Assembly: GCA_000708835.1 (NCBI GenBank)
Contig: DF237008.1
Location: 186,001 to 250,000, forward strand
DNA from: Klebsormidium nitens
Lineage: Eukaryota; Plantae; Klebsormidiophyceae
Length of the DNA: 64,000 bases
Reading direction: 5' to 3'
Shown: positions 25,098 through 38,265 of the stretch, piece after piece
How positions within the stretch are numbered: position 1 is the first letter of the stretch
Layout of the letters: each line of letters starts with the position of its first letter
Program-made: the position numbers and the translations under genes
Notes under the pieces: model-generated
Told to the model about the DNA's origin: nothing
Databases searched by the model: none
Seen by the model: only the letters and a program-made list of their open reading frames with translations

Positions 25098-26618
25098 GGC
25101 AACGTCTTCTGCAGCTAAACCGACAGCTACACGGATCGTCTCTCCTAACCAATGGCAATGGCGTCTATCGCCTCAAGCAAAACGCCAAGTCCTTGTGAAC
25201 GAATCTCCTTCTGCCGCCACACTTTGCTGCAACAAGAAGGGCTCCTGCAAATTAAGCAGGGCGAATGTGCATCTTTCTTCTCATTGCTTCCTCAGACTTT
25301 GGGTACCGGGTATGTACCAGAAAGGAACCGCACAGGCATTCTGGTCATCGCGTCGAAGATACTCCTGCGTGAGAAGCGCCACGTAGCTTCGACGGATATC
25401 CTTGCCGGCCAGACACAAAGATAGAATCTGTTGCTGGCGCCTGATTGGCTGCCATGCTCCGAAAGTGTCCTGAGATTGGATAAGAAGATTCGAGGAAGAT
25501 TTGGAAGCTCTGACGTCGACCTCGGTGGCTTGCGAACTACGCTGGCCGTCGATGCATGCGCCAGCGCGCGTGCACGCAAAACAATGCGTGTCCTTGGAAA
25601 TAACTTAAACAATGGACACGAGGCGCTTGGATTCTGTACATATTATCTGCGCTCATGCCAGCTCATGCCAGATGCCAAAGGCCTGCAGAAGTATCCTCAA
25701 TATCTTCACACTGAGCCACTATGATGCAGCTTTCAAAGCTTCTTTGCAAGTGACTGTGGTGAGAGGTGCCTCTCAGCCACATAGAGTGCATCTAGAGCTC
25801 TGTTCCGCAAATTGCCGACACGGGGCCTTCAAGTTTGAAAAGCAAGAATCTGCACCTTGAAGACTTTTTTACATACGTGAGGTCCTTCGCTGAAGGACTG
25901 GTCAATCTGCTCGCTGGCACCAGCTCCTGCCAACTCAAGTGCGGGCCGCTTCTGCTGCCTGGTCATGTTGTCAACTAGAAACTCTAACAGCTTGCGCAAG
26001 CTCTCTGGCAGGCCATAGTGTGAGTTATAAGCCTCCAGATTTGGAGCAGAAGTAGACTCAATAAGCGTCATTTTCAACTGGCCAGTCACCAGATTGCAGC
26101 AACTCTACTTGAACCACAACAGGCCACATGGCGGCCAGTCTGCGAACGGGCACCTGGGATACAACGCCCCACATCCGTGCGGTAAGAGCTCTGAAGTTCA
26201 GCTGCCGAACTGCAACTGGAAACAGGGATGCAAGGATCCAACACCTCATGGGCCGCTGTCGGGCAACTGTATGAGCAGCTTTCTGTAGCTGACATGCATA
26301 TCAAACATTTGCTGTGTTTGCCTCTGGTTAATGATAATAGGAGCTAGCTACACGAAATGCACGAGTGCCTCGATACAATCACAGTCAACAATTACACAGC
26401 TGCCAGGTCCTTGTCGTGAAGTTCCCCGAATGTCTCCAGTCTGTGGTTCAGAAGCAGCATTGAGCGGATGCAGACTGCACAGCTCACCACTGAGCGCCTG
26501 CCAATGATTGTCTTGTCTCGCGACAGAAAGTCAGCTAACAACCGGCAGTGATATGCTACGAGTCCACTTTATCACCACCCAACGGCTGTATGACTTGGTT
26601 TACTCGTCCAACCTGCAG

Positions 26619-29600
26619 GCGGGGCGGCATTCTTCCAAGCCAGAAGGTGCTGCAGTCTGCCTGCAGCCAGACGAGAACGCCGGCGAGCGTCCGGAAACCC
26701 CGCCAGAAATCAAAAAGTGAGGTGACATGGCCCTTGTTGGAACTCTGCAAGCTGACTGTCTCTCAGACACAGGGGCAGCTTGACTGCTTTTCGTCCCCGT
26801 TATGTCCGTTCATGACTTGCTGCCACTCAGATGACCTTCGCAGATCAAAGGAAAACATGTATGGCTTGCTCATAACTTGCACTGCTCCTCATGCAATGCT
26901 TGTGATATCGCATGATACAAGATTTGCAGTTTTGCTCACACGAGGCAGGCTTGCTTTTCTGCTCCGACCTCGACAGCAGCTTGATCAGAGCCCTGAGCAA
27001 ACCGTTATTTGTGTAGTCCGCTGACGCTTCCTTTCCTGGGATGCAGGTACCGCAAGTCCACGCGGTACGAACCGGGCAAGGTCGTAAAGCACTATGGGCT
27101 GGCGGATGATAAAGTCCCACTCAGGGAGAACCAGGCCTTTGGAATGAAGAAGGAGAAGACGGCGGATGACAATGTGAGAGCGACCGTTTTCTTGCACTGG
27201 TTGTTCGTTTCGGAGCTTTTACTACGTTTCGATCTGAGTACGGACGACAATTGCACCGGTAGGGCGCGTTTGAGGATGACGGAAAGTATGAAGGACGAAT
27301 TGTAATAAAGAGTTAAGCAATCGACTAATGAGACTTCAAAGTTGATTTATTTGGTACCATGGGCGGCTGTTTCTTCATTTTGCACAGGTCTTGAGCGCAG
27401 GCGAATTAAAAATTTGGACGCTGGCGAGTTGAGCGAGCTTGCACCGTTTTCGAACACTCTGGAATCTCCTCAGATCGAGTTCTCAAATAGACGTTGGCTG
27501 CCTTGCACGGAGTTGATCGCCAGACCTTGGATTTGATACACCGCCTTACAGACACCCTGCCACCTGTGAAGCTGACATTCCCTTCACCTGCAAGGGTCGT
27601 GTTCCTCTCAAAAAGCAGCATACAGGCTTTCTTTCCAAAACTTCGATCTTGCCACAGGTCGCATCGGTGATAAGAGCGACGCCTGAGTCGGCGATGCTCA
27701 AGTGGCACCAGGAACGGAAAGAGGACATATACGCCAGCACCAAGCGGGAGCCCCTTGGAAAGCCTATGAGCAGGGGATATGTTATCCCCGACGAACTTGG
27801 CACCACGAAGGCGTTTGGCAGCTTCATTGATGCGAGTAAGTGCTTCGCTGCGGAGAGAAACAACATTGTCGCTGAGGGGCTTTTTGCGAGGAGCTGACTC
27901 GTTGATTGGGAATTTTCAAACCTGGAGAATCTGAAAAGCCGTTTTGAGTCTCAAAAGATGTCAAGAGACGTCCTTGACGGTGGCTAATATACGCATGCGC
28001 ATAGCGTATTGAACAACAAAGCGCGAATGCGCCACGGTGCATTGGGAGAAAGCCTAAGCCTTGAGACAGTGCGTCGTTCTGTTCGTAGGATATGATCTCG
28101 CATGGGCGCTGTTCTTAAACTGCTGGACGAAGTTGGGTTCTGACAACTTGGCTTTTATCCGCTCGGAGTCTGCTTATGGACGCTCGAAATCTGCTCTTAA
28201 CGGCTCAATAACCGATGGTGAATGCTCGGAAACTGCTCGTAAACGCTCGGAAACTGCTATAGTATACTGCGGACACCTATCAAAGCAGGTGTATTGGGGG
28301 CACCAATTTACGGACCGCACTGATTTGCTTCAAGGGCTCGTTGACAAGTGACAAGTGGGTCGCCCCTTTTGAGTATCATCTGACGGCGAAGTATCCCCGC
28401 CACCACTCGGGAAGCAAGAACGTCATCTCCACAGATTTGAACCTCCTCGAACGAAGTACACTCCATCACGATGTTACGAAAACCCTCCGATTTAATATCC
28501 TCATCCGTTTATATAGGTTTGATCAATTGTGGACCCCTGTTGAAAATCCTTTTTTAGGCGCTGCAACACTACATCCGCGCGCTCTCATCAGCTCCCTGAA
28601 ACCATCGCTGTCGCCTTTATCGCTTGTCAAACCCTGTTTCACCATCTTTTTTAAGCGTTACAACACTGGGCCGGCGTCTCTAACCAAATTCCTAAACCCC
28701 TCTGTTCCGCAGATTACCCGCAGCCGGCACCCCGAGACCAAGGATGTCATCTCCACAGACTCGGACCACGTTTAACGAAGCACAATCTTTCACGAAGAAC
28801 CTCGTCTCCACTAACCTCATCCAATTACTCACTCATGGAACCCTGTTTCACTGTCGTTTTTAGCGCTACACCATTCGACCCGTTTCTATCCAACTTGAAT
28901 TACCCCCTTATCCCGCAGAGTACCGCAGCCGGCACCCCGAGACCAAGGACGTCATCTTCAATGCCCGGGAGGGCTTGGACGAGAACGAGCAGACTCACAA
29001 TGCTTACGTCAAGACGCACGGGGATTACGGCCCGGGGGAGCAACGGCGCAGAAACTACGACTGGGACAATACACCGGTGAAGGACCCGGCGAACCACAAG
29101 TTCGGAGTGACGGACACGGAGGGTCGCCACTGCGGGGGGGTCGCGGCGCTGCTAAACCATGGGGAGGACGACAGGTGGGGCGACCAATGATTGCCGAAGA
29201 CGCTTGATGCGTATTGATGCCGGAGCTAGGTTCAGATTCAGGTGGTTTCAGCAACTCGGTCAAGGACGAGTTCTTAAATACCTCTCATCGGTCCTCGTCT
29301 CGACGATGTCTTGGCTCGTAGATTCATGTCCTCGGACGCTTTGCGTTACACTCTGCATTCGATCGTTCGAGTTCCCTGCCAGGTGATTAGTCCTTAAAGT
29401 ACGGGGAGCACTGTTCATTTCAGAAGTTTTGCCTTTGGTTATGATCAAAGGATGGGGAGGTTCACATTCGAACGACACGGGCGCTTTGCCGCAGATTGAC
29501 GGCCAAGATCGTGGACAAGAAGGTGGAGGATTTCAAGGCCATCGATGCGGACGAGCTCGGGCGTCCAAAGAGCTTGTGGTGAGGGCCGTAAACTTTTCAA

Positions 29601-32600
29601 CGAAAACTTCTCGCCGTGACCTTGCAGTTTTGAGTGCGAGGTCCTTTTTCTGGTTGTGTCAGTGCTAGTTTTCCGGTTGAGATGGGTCACTCGCGCTTTA
29701 CAAGGACTCGCGCTTTCAACGTACACCTTCAAGCGCGCAGGGCATTTGTTTCAGAGGAACCTTATAGCGTATTGCACACGGTATATGCAAGAGCTGTATA
29801 CATCGCGAGGCCCGAAGGATTTGTCTCGGTTGAACAATCGGTGTGAGAGCATCTGAGGAATGCTATCCGGTCGCCGCATAAATCCTCTCGCACGTCTTTA
29901 TTGCACCTTTGCAGCTGCCAAGTTGTACTTAGGTAACCAAGCCTCCTTACCTTAACTTTTGCAGTCTGGGGATGGAGCGGAACGAAGATCACGTGTTTGG
30001 AATGCCCACAAGAAGGAAGGAGGAGTGGGACGCGGCACAGCTCATTCGAGGAGGATACTCGGAAGTAACTTTCTGAACTGCAGATCGCGAACGCTTTTGA
30101 CAAGACTTCAAGCGAAGGGAATCATAGCAGGAACTTCGCATTTCGCGGGGCCTCTGTCATATGTCACCCTTAACAAAGATGAAGGGCCGATCGTGGGCGA
30201 ATCAAAGAGAGACGTCTTATGTGATTCTGTTTTTGACCCCTTTTGAAGACACCCCGGTTGATGAGTCGTATCAACGCGGCCGCACTTTAATGAGAGTGCG
30301 CAACAGAATCTGCTTACTAATAAGATGACCTCTTCGCGCTCCAGGGGTTTCCAGTTGAGAGGCTAATTTTCGAACGGCACTGACTATAAGTCCTGGTCCA
30401 GCGAGATCAATCAAGCATACGATTGCCTGCTATAGCGAGCCTACTTAAGATCGGTTACCAAACCTCCTTGCTGCTTTTTGCGAACAAATACTTTCGGACG
30501 TCCAATTGTTTACTAAAGGAAACGTCCTGAAACCGGAACAGTGGCTGACGCCGTTTCTCGGACGCTTTTTAGATAGTCGCAACTTGACTTTGTGTAAGAA
30601 CGATCAACCGGCAACGCTCTGGTTCGGATCACCGCTGTGAAGTTGGCGGTTCACAAGAATCGAAAAGCCGCCTGATGCGTACGTTTTCGGACACTTTTTC
30701 CAGGAGCAGCAGCAGCCGGACGCGGACCTGGGGCGGTCCGTCCGCAGGAACTACACGAACGGCGGCGACAGTGAGTGTCGTCGCGCTGCGGACTGGGTCA
30801 AAGGTCTTTCCGTTGGGAAGCGGAAGCACAATGAGACGGAACGGCCGCGGAACGGCTGTAGTCGTCGAAACGCTTCTGACGGCCATCGCATCTTTGCACT
30901 GATCGGTCTCGATTTTCCAAAGGCATAGGAAGTGTTTCGAAGCTGATGCTGCCAGCGGATAGGCTCAAAGTAAATTCACGTAGGGATGGCGAGTCCCTGC
31001 GTCGATTACTTATAATCTCGGTGCTGAGAGGAAGTTCCTGCCTCATACCAGAAAGTGATTGTCAAGTTTTAACGGATCAACCCTGGCTGCGATTTGTCTG
31101 TGACCTTTAGTTCTTGTGCGCTAGTGACCGCAACTCCGCCTCTCTGTGTACAGCCCACGACCGGATCTTCGGAGTACCGACCATCAGGAGAGACGTCGTG
31201 CGGCATGGCAAGATTCGGTCTGTGGCTGACAACCAGGTAAGTCGCGCTTGCACCAGTTTGTACCTTCCGAACAGAGTGTTTCGAAAGTCGTCGCCGTCGG
31301 TCGAAAATCGGAATCCCAAGTTACGCGTCGATTGGAAGAACATGACTGACGCATGTCAATCTTCCGGCCCGGGCTCTTTGGATTGAGCAGAACGATTGAA
31401 AGAGATGAAGGTATACTGTGAAGATTATTTTTTGGTCCGAAAGAAGAGAGGTCGAGAAGCGTAAGCCAGCAGCTTTTGGTCATTCCTGTGGTTTCTGTGG
31501 TGGACCTTATAGTCTGAAAGCCGACAGACAGGTTAAGATCGGACTCACTCTAAAGAGGAGAGGAGAATGAGCACGGGCGCTTTCGCATCTATTCCTGAGA
31601 TTTGAGAAGTTGGCACTGAGCTGCCACTCTCTGCACATTCTGCCGACGTCTTCATTCTTCAAACGGTACGGCCGCGGCAAACGAACGGGGCGCGGCACGG
31701 CTGCCGAATCCATCATCGAAAGGAAGATTGAGCATCTGAGTTTGAGCTGACGTCATCTTCCTTTCTATCTGCTGACGCCCCAATTTATGCGCAGGCGAGC
31801 TTCGGCGACGAGCGCGACGCGGCCCGGCTGCTAAGCCTCGTCCAAGAACAGTTCTTATAGGCATTTCATGTCGAGCTGGCGTCGTCTTTCTCTCTTTTCT
31901 GCTGACGTACTCTTCTACGCACGCGCGCACAAACAACGAGCGCAATGCGGCTGCTGCAGCCTGTCTTTACTGCGTTCCTATAAAGTCGAGCTGACGTCAT
32001 CTTCGCTTTCCCTGCTGACGTCACCGTTTACGCGCGCAGAACTACGGCGACGAGCGCGATGCGGCCCGGCTGCTGAAGCCTCTACCAACAGACTTCATTG
32101 CGTTGCTTATAGAGTCGAGCTGACGTCATCTTTGCTTTCCCTGCTGACGTCACCTTTTACGCGCGCAGAACTACGGCGATGATCCCGACGCGGCCCGTCT
32201 GCTGAAACCTCTCCCGACAGCACCGTAGTGCGTTGCTTCTGGCCTGAAGCTGACATCATCACACTCTCTTTTGCTGACGCACAATCTGCGCGCGCGCAGA
32301 AGTATGGCGACGAGCCGGACGCGGCCCGGCTGCTGAAGCCTCTCCCGAAAGCACCGTACTGCATTGCTTCTGGCCTGGAGCTGACATCATCATTCTCTCT
32401 TTTGCTGACGCACAATCTGCGCGCGCGCAGAACTATGGCGACGAGCCCGACGCGGCCCGGCTGCTGAAGCCTCTCCCGGGCGCCGACCGGGGCGTGACCG
32501 AGGAGGACTACCTGCAGGCCATGAGCCGGCCGGAGGTACGTACCGCGTTACCTTCTTCAATCTAGGTCTGACAGCCTCTGAGAGGTAATCAAACGCTGAC

Positions 32601-33270
32601 TCGCAGCCGACTCCTCGAAGCGCTTTGATTCCGACGAAAATCAGAGCACGTGATCGAAGGAATGCGTCGAGAATGTAGAAGTGAAGAAGAACTGTTTTTC
32701 TCTGTATCTCCTAAAGCCCTGTTAGCCCCGCAAGAAGAGGAACCGCTTGGATTCGGTGTGTTTAGTGGCAAAGGACGGGAAACTGAGGTGCGCCTGATAT
32801 GGAGGGTGGCTTTCAAGCGCGACGACCAACACGTTGCAACTCCTGGAAATCATTCTGAGCACCAAACATCCTGGTGAAGACACTTGGGTTATGGCTTGAG
32901 GGAACCGAAGTTTGCGTGGCAGCCACATAGCCGCTCGTCCTTGCGAATCTTCGCCAAAGCGTCAGAAAAAACGAAACATGATAGGAGAACGAACAAACTG
33001 TATGACTGCGCCACACTGTCACATCCGTCTCTTCCCTCCATCTTTGCCACTGTGACGTAACTTTTCAAGGCTGTGGAACGGACGCCCTTGGGCTGTGTTT
33101 TCCGGCAGATGTACGCGTTCATGAACCGGGCGGGCATCGACCTGGAAGACGGGACGTTCGAGGCCGTTTTCGACCGGGCCATGCAGTTAGAGGACTACAG
33201 GAACGCGCCAGAAGGGGGCGAGGACCGATGCTCGCTCGAAGCCTTCCGAAGGGTCCTTCACGCGACGTGA
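26619..33270 (+). CDS. EFHB: EFHB/FAP21-like ciliary microtubule inner protein; at least 10 exons, 5' end unresolved
   Basis: Exons 26619-26716, 27047-27173, 27658-27835, 28919-29174, 29495-29578, 29965-30064, 30704-30770, 31154-31236, 32431-32535, 33109-33270, all phase-compatible. Motifs RPETPPEIKKYRKS, YASTKREPLG, HGDYGPGEQRRRNYDW, PDADLG, RIFGVPTIR, RSVADNQNYGDE. An in-frame ATG exists at 26552. Confidence 0.85.
28390..28960 (+). repeat. Tandem duplications of intron 3' end plus exon start in EFHB intron 27836-28918
   Basis: CGCAGCCGGCACCCCGAGACCAAGGA(T/C)GTCATCT lies at ~28719 and at the true exon ~28923; an older copy is at ~28395-28435. ACCCTGTTTCAC occurs at 28631 and 28840; TTTT(T/A)AG(G)CG(C/T)T(G/A)CA at ~28552, 28659 and 28857. 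Confidence 0.85.
31742..32478 (+). repeat. Six ~130-bp tandem units, each a branch point/polypyrimidine/AG plus the first ~48 nt of the EFHB exon at 32431
   Basis: Units start at ~31742, 31871, 31986, 32114, 32246 and 32377. CAG acceptors end at 31794, 32039, 32168, 32299 and 32430 (unit 2 has lost its AG). Each unit has GCTGACG and a NYGDE.DAARLLKPL-coding segment. Confidence 0.95.
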
Positions 33271-33539
33271 CTCTGATGAGCTGACTAAGTTTTCCTTTAT
33301 TCTCACGCTTTGCTCTTGGGCACTTTTGACAGTATTTATTGAGCTTTACTTCCGATCCCAGCCGTTGTGCGGACTGGTGTAAGTCTTCTACCACAGGGCT
33401 ATGAAGCCTTCGAATGGGCGTCCTGTAAGGCTCTTGATATTCAAGTGAGTCGCTGAGAAACTCTGCAAGGGTAATGCGACTATGCAATTGAGATATAGCA
33501 CATTTGATGGTTTGTGTGCCAATGCTGCTACTCAAAGTT

Positions 33540-34060
33540 TCATGCCCACAGTACTGAGGCTCGTACATGTAAGCACGTCATGCGTGATAGCTCAGATCTC
33601 AAGTCACGTTGCGAGCTAATTGACGCGTCCAGATGTCCGTTTACTTTTGATCATGAGCTAGGAATGATGCTGGCGACTTGAACTCCAAAGTCGCAAGACC
33701 AAAAGTTAGCACGTGTAACGAATCTTTGTGACATAGCCCACATCTTACCATTGAATCATATGTGAGCGCGTCATGCAAAGAAGCCACGGGGATCGATACA
33801 GTATACATGTACACTAGCTTCCAGCTCTCAAGTCGCACTGGCACGCGTTGTGTTCTTGGGATGGTTCGCATAGATGAGTCTCGCTTTATTGCATTGTGAT
33901 TTGTTTAAGCTATAGCAAAGTCACTTTGAGTCTCACAATCTGACAAACAATGTCCCTTGTATGCTGAGTATGCAAGCTAGAGAAGATCAGTGCTCCGTGT
34001 TTCGTGTCACATATGAACATGCGACGTGTATAAACATATGGAGACTACACACTTGAACGG
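33540..34060. repeat. CATG/RY-rich island between convergent 3' ends (EFHB and the G/Q/Y-rich gene)
   Basis: About 7-8 CATG plus TACATGTA and CATATG motifs. Confidence 0.45.
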
Positions 34061-34406
34061 GCATATACCTTAGGACACGTATAAGCATCATAACAGCTAC
34101 TGCGAAGCTGCCTCGCTTCCAGACAACCACTCATACCTTTATCGAGAAAGTATTCAGAATTGCAAGTGCCTGCTGAGAAATACTTGCAATGAAGAATCTT
34201 CTCATTAAAGACTATCTGCTCATTCGAGTCCTCAAGGCACCTCTTTTGCGATCTTAAACCTTTCAGTATAAAGGAGACTGAATTCTCATAGCTCTCGTGC
34301 TACTCCTATGTACACACCCCGACCCTGACCCGAGACATTATTACCGACTGTACAATCGATGCCACGTGTCATCTCGTCAATGGTCGTCTCGAAGACGCTC
34401 GTGCGT

Positions 34407-36362
34407 CTATCCGGCCCCCGGGTCTAGCGGCCCCTCCTTCACCGGGATCTCCTTTACGTCACGGGGCTCTCCCTACAGAGAAAGAATTTGAGTTGTCTTC
34501 TGGGCGTTTTCTGCTCGCTTGTCGCTCTTTCGCTTCATCGAGTTCACGCAGAGTGGTTGTTCTGAACGGAAATACCGCCTTCAAGAATAGAAAGGCTTCT
34601 CGGAAGAACTTTCATGTCTGATTGTCAACGAGTTCAGACGGTCAATCTCCCGACGCTCCGTTCGCTCGAGGGAGGTTCCACCATTTTGTGCCAATCGGTC
34701 GTTAACGCTACCTGCGAGACATCCTATCTGAGGATGATTCGGGGATGAAAAATCAAAACAGGACGCAACACCCGTTCGCACAGTTTACACCAACTCTCGG
34801 AAGTTCTATTTCGATACGATTTGACAGCTGCCTCATTCACCGCGGAGCCTAACCCGAGCCAAAAATACAACGCCTGAAAGCAGAGCCTCACACTCGAGAA
34901 TGCAACGAAGTCACTCAGTCAACGACGCATCTTTCGAAGGATGACCCACCTAGTCATGCCCATCAGCGCCCGCATTACGTTACCCCGTTCAGGTTCCGTG
35001 AGTGTTCCGCTATCAAGAAAACGGAGTTCCAAAAAGCGAACAAAGCGCCGCTGTTATTAGTCCCAAATCGAAGCTGCTCACCCTCCTTTCCCCTGGGGCC
35101 GAGCCCTCCTCTCCCGACACCGTGGTGACGTCACCACGGGCGTCGTCGCCCATGTCATCTCCCGCGGCGCCAGCGTCTCCCGAGCCGGTATATCCGCCGG
35201 CATATGCGGCCCCGTAACCGGCCTGGTAACCCGTCTGGTAACCGGACTGGTAACCGGACTGGTAGTCCGCCTGGCCGGAGCCCATCTGTGCGAACGCGCC
35301 GGGGTTGCCTCCCCCGGTGGTTTGGCCGTAACCCTGCTGGCTGGGGTCAGCGTAACCTGAGACAGAGAAATGGAACGGAAAGAAGGTTTGCAAGCAAATC
35401 GTGCAGAAAGTCTTCGGTACGAGATCTTTGATACGAGCTTGAATCATGTGTAGAGAATGATGAACCGAAAATCCCGAGTGCATTCTCACTGAGGCAGATT
35501 TGGAGTTGACTCGGGGTAACTCCGGAGTCGCTCAGCAGTCTGTATCAACTTCAACGAAGGTCTGCCTGCTTAAAACTTTCCGAGAGATCTTCTCGAGCGA
35601 CATGCTCGAAGCGGAAAGAACTGGATTTTCCGATATGATTTCAAAAGAGCTGCGAGTTCTCTGTCATGCAGACTTAAATTGTTGAATTTGTCACTGATGT
35701 AGATGAAGCAGAGAATTCGCATGCAGAAGCTGCTCAAGCGTAGAGTAGATAATTGGTGAAAAAGAGCTGAGAAGACGACAGAGGGAGAACTTTCAAATCG
35801 TAGTAGACAATCTCGAACAGAGCTCGCACTGAAGGGGAATACCGCCAATGATGTGGATAATCGATCCAACGTTTTTCAAAGCTTCTGCATGTGCGTTTTC
35901 AAGACTGCTCGAGGGAGCTCTCGCTGACAGCCTTGCAGATTGTTATGCATGCTCCAATCTTTTTCTCATTCCTTCAGAACCCTTCTTCGTAGATACGATG
36001 AAAATCTGGAACAAAAGGTGAATGCTCCTCCGTCAGAAGCATTCATTTTATGAACTGATAACAAGCAGGAACTCAAATACACTCGACCATTGTCTGTATC
36101 CAGCAATGGATCAGTGGCCGTCCAGTGAAAGTGTTCCAATATAAAACTTCCGCAAGGTCTAAGCGAAATTCTAAAACTCCAAGCTCGGTGCAAGGGCTTA
36201 TGCGAGAGAGTCACATCAGATATTGGCACACAAGACTGAATTTCCTGGTGCATGAGCAGGAAAATTTCCATCTGCTCGGATCCTCTCACCTGCTTGTTGC
36301 TGCTGGCCGCCTTGGCCGGCCGTGCCGCCGAAATCGAACGTCCTGTCGGTCTGCTGGCTCAT
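34407..36362 (-). CDS. Small (137 aa) G/Q/Y-rich low-complexity protein, 3 exons
   Basis: Exons 36362-36290, 35356-35082, 34472-34407 with strong GT-AG sites and compatible phases; GC3-rich codons. Contains YQSGYQSGYQTGYQAGY (12-bp tandem at ~35222-35268) and an acidic tail. Confidence 0.75.
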
Positions 36363-38265
36363 GTTGCCGCTCTAGTTCCTCCGCGCGTTTCAATTTCAAG
36401 GGGGAGGCAGCTTGAGACCAGGAACGCTGACGGGACTAGACTCGTGCGCTTGGATGCTGAGATGCAGGGGCGCCTCGAAGGAGAAGAGCTTTCTCAAGGC
36501 GACTTACGGGATTGCACTTAAGAGATACTCGATTTGAGAAACGACGGTATGGCAAGCTGGTTCAGCTTCATGCCCCGGGGTCTCCTGACTCTGTTTTGGT
36601 CGGTCAGAGTCTGCTTGCTTGGGATCCGGTCGGGCCGGTAACATGTGATCCAACATTCTGCTGAAGCGGGCGTCTACGCAACGTCATCAACCGGCCAATC
36701 TTAACAGGGCCCAGTGCTCGGGGCACGTACTTGATGCCAACTTTTCGGCGACGAGATACCTGAAAGCCGTGCTTCGATGTCGCTACGTGACGTGAGGCGT
36801 ACGAAACCTGGGACGCCCACTTTGAGAAGCTTGCACAGTGACTCAGACTGGGCTTCCCACGAGCACGCCTTCGGTCGCGAACGTCAGATCCTTCGAGCGA
36901 CCTTACTGCTCGTGCTGCACCTGCAGATTCGCCGCGACACGACTGGCGTCAAGCTCGTCGGCGACTGAACCGCCGACCCACCTGAAAGAAGGGAACGCAT
37001 GCAGCGCCAGATTGGCCAGCAAACGACACGCTTGGGAGATTGCTGCCTGCCTGCGAAAGTGCGCTCGAGCGGCGGGTGCTCGCGCCATGCAGCCGGCCGG
37101 CCCCGCATGCTCCAGTCCTGATCGTCCGATGGCAGACGCAGCGCGAAGTATGACGATCTTAACCGTTGATTGAGCAACTCGATTCCCGCGAGCGGTGCTG
37201 ACGGAGCATGCTGACTTGCATGTGCGGTCATGCACGGAATGGGCTTGGGCTTTTGTACCGCCGGAGATGCTCCGTTCTATTTTACGGGATCAATCCCGAA
37301 TCGTTTCGACATTTCCCAAGTGGTCAGGAATGACTGGCAACCATGAAAAGAGTGCAATCTTTCGTGATGTCAGAACCCAGATCTCTCCAAGGAGCGTAGT
37401 CCGATATACATGAACCAGAGGCAGCTTTGCGGGTTGGAAAGTATCCCATTTTGGCCGCCCTAGCAGAAAGATACACATAGGTGTTGCACTGCTACGTCGC
37501 AGAGTTTGGCGACGCCCCGCCCTTCGCTTTACGGTTGGCTGAAAGTTCTAAGAAGCAATCAATTGTCATTTGTGTTCCTCAACTCAGCTGGTCGGACAGC
37601 AGAATTCCAGACTTGCAGACACGAGCGAAGATATATGAGCTCAGAACGTCGGGAAACTTATACCATAAGTGATGAGCTTCTCTATTAGGTGCATGGCGCC
37701 ACTGGCAGCAATCTCTTGAATGCGAGCCGCGTTTGTAAAACCAAAGTCGTCAGCTTCCGAGTCCGCTCAATTGTGTTGCGCCTCACAAGGTACAGAGTTG
37801 CTTTGCTTTCAGCTTATGCTTGATCTCGTCTTTTGGTAGTGTGTCACAATCGATACTGAAATGCTTGCTGAGGGCTGCTTTCTTGTTGGTGAATGTCGAA
37901 CCTCAAAACTTCGCGGTCACCCTGTATCGGCATCCAAAGTTGCCTTCTATTGACTTTTGATCCAATCAAGCTCGGAACTTACCTTTCTTTCACATTCTAA
38001 GGTTTGTTTCTAAAACCAGCGTCCAGGACGAAAATTCCCTTTAATCTTCGCGCCGCCCCAAGGCTGACACTGAGCATGGTGTTCGATTCACCTCCGTGAT
38101 TCCGTGAGGAGCTTATACTCCAGCAAATCGGGAGACGCACACGGAGACATTCAATATCCTCATGGCAACGATTTTCTGCAGGTGATCATCAATCCGTCTC
38201 TAAACCGCCCCTTCCAATTCGGTTCGAAGTTAGAAGCGCAGTCCCCGGGCGCCTTGTGCTGCCAA

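Noticed and set aside
31742-32478. CRISPR-like appearance of the 130-bp array
   Set aside because: There are no unique spacers, the units are whole-length paralogues of an intron/exon junction, the context is eukaryotic, and no cas genes are present.
36777-37235. Overlapping 110-115-aa ORFs on both strands
   Set aside because: GC-rich divergent promoter/UTR region with no domain and no consistent splice sites.
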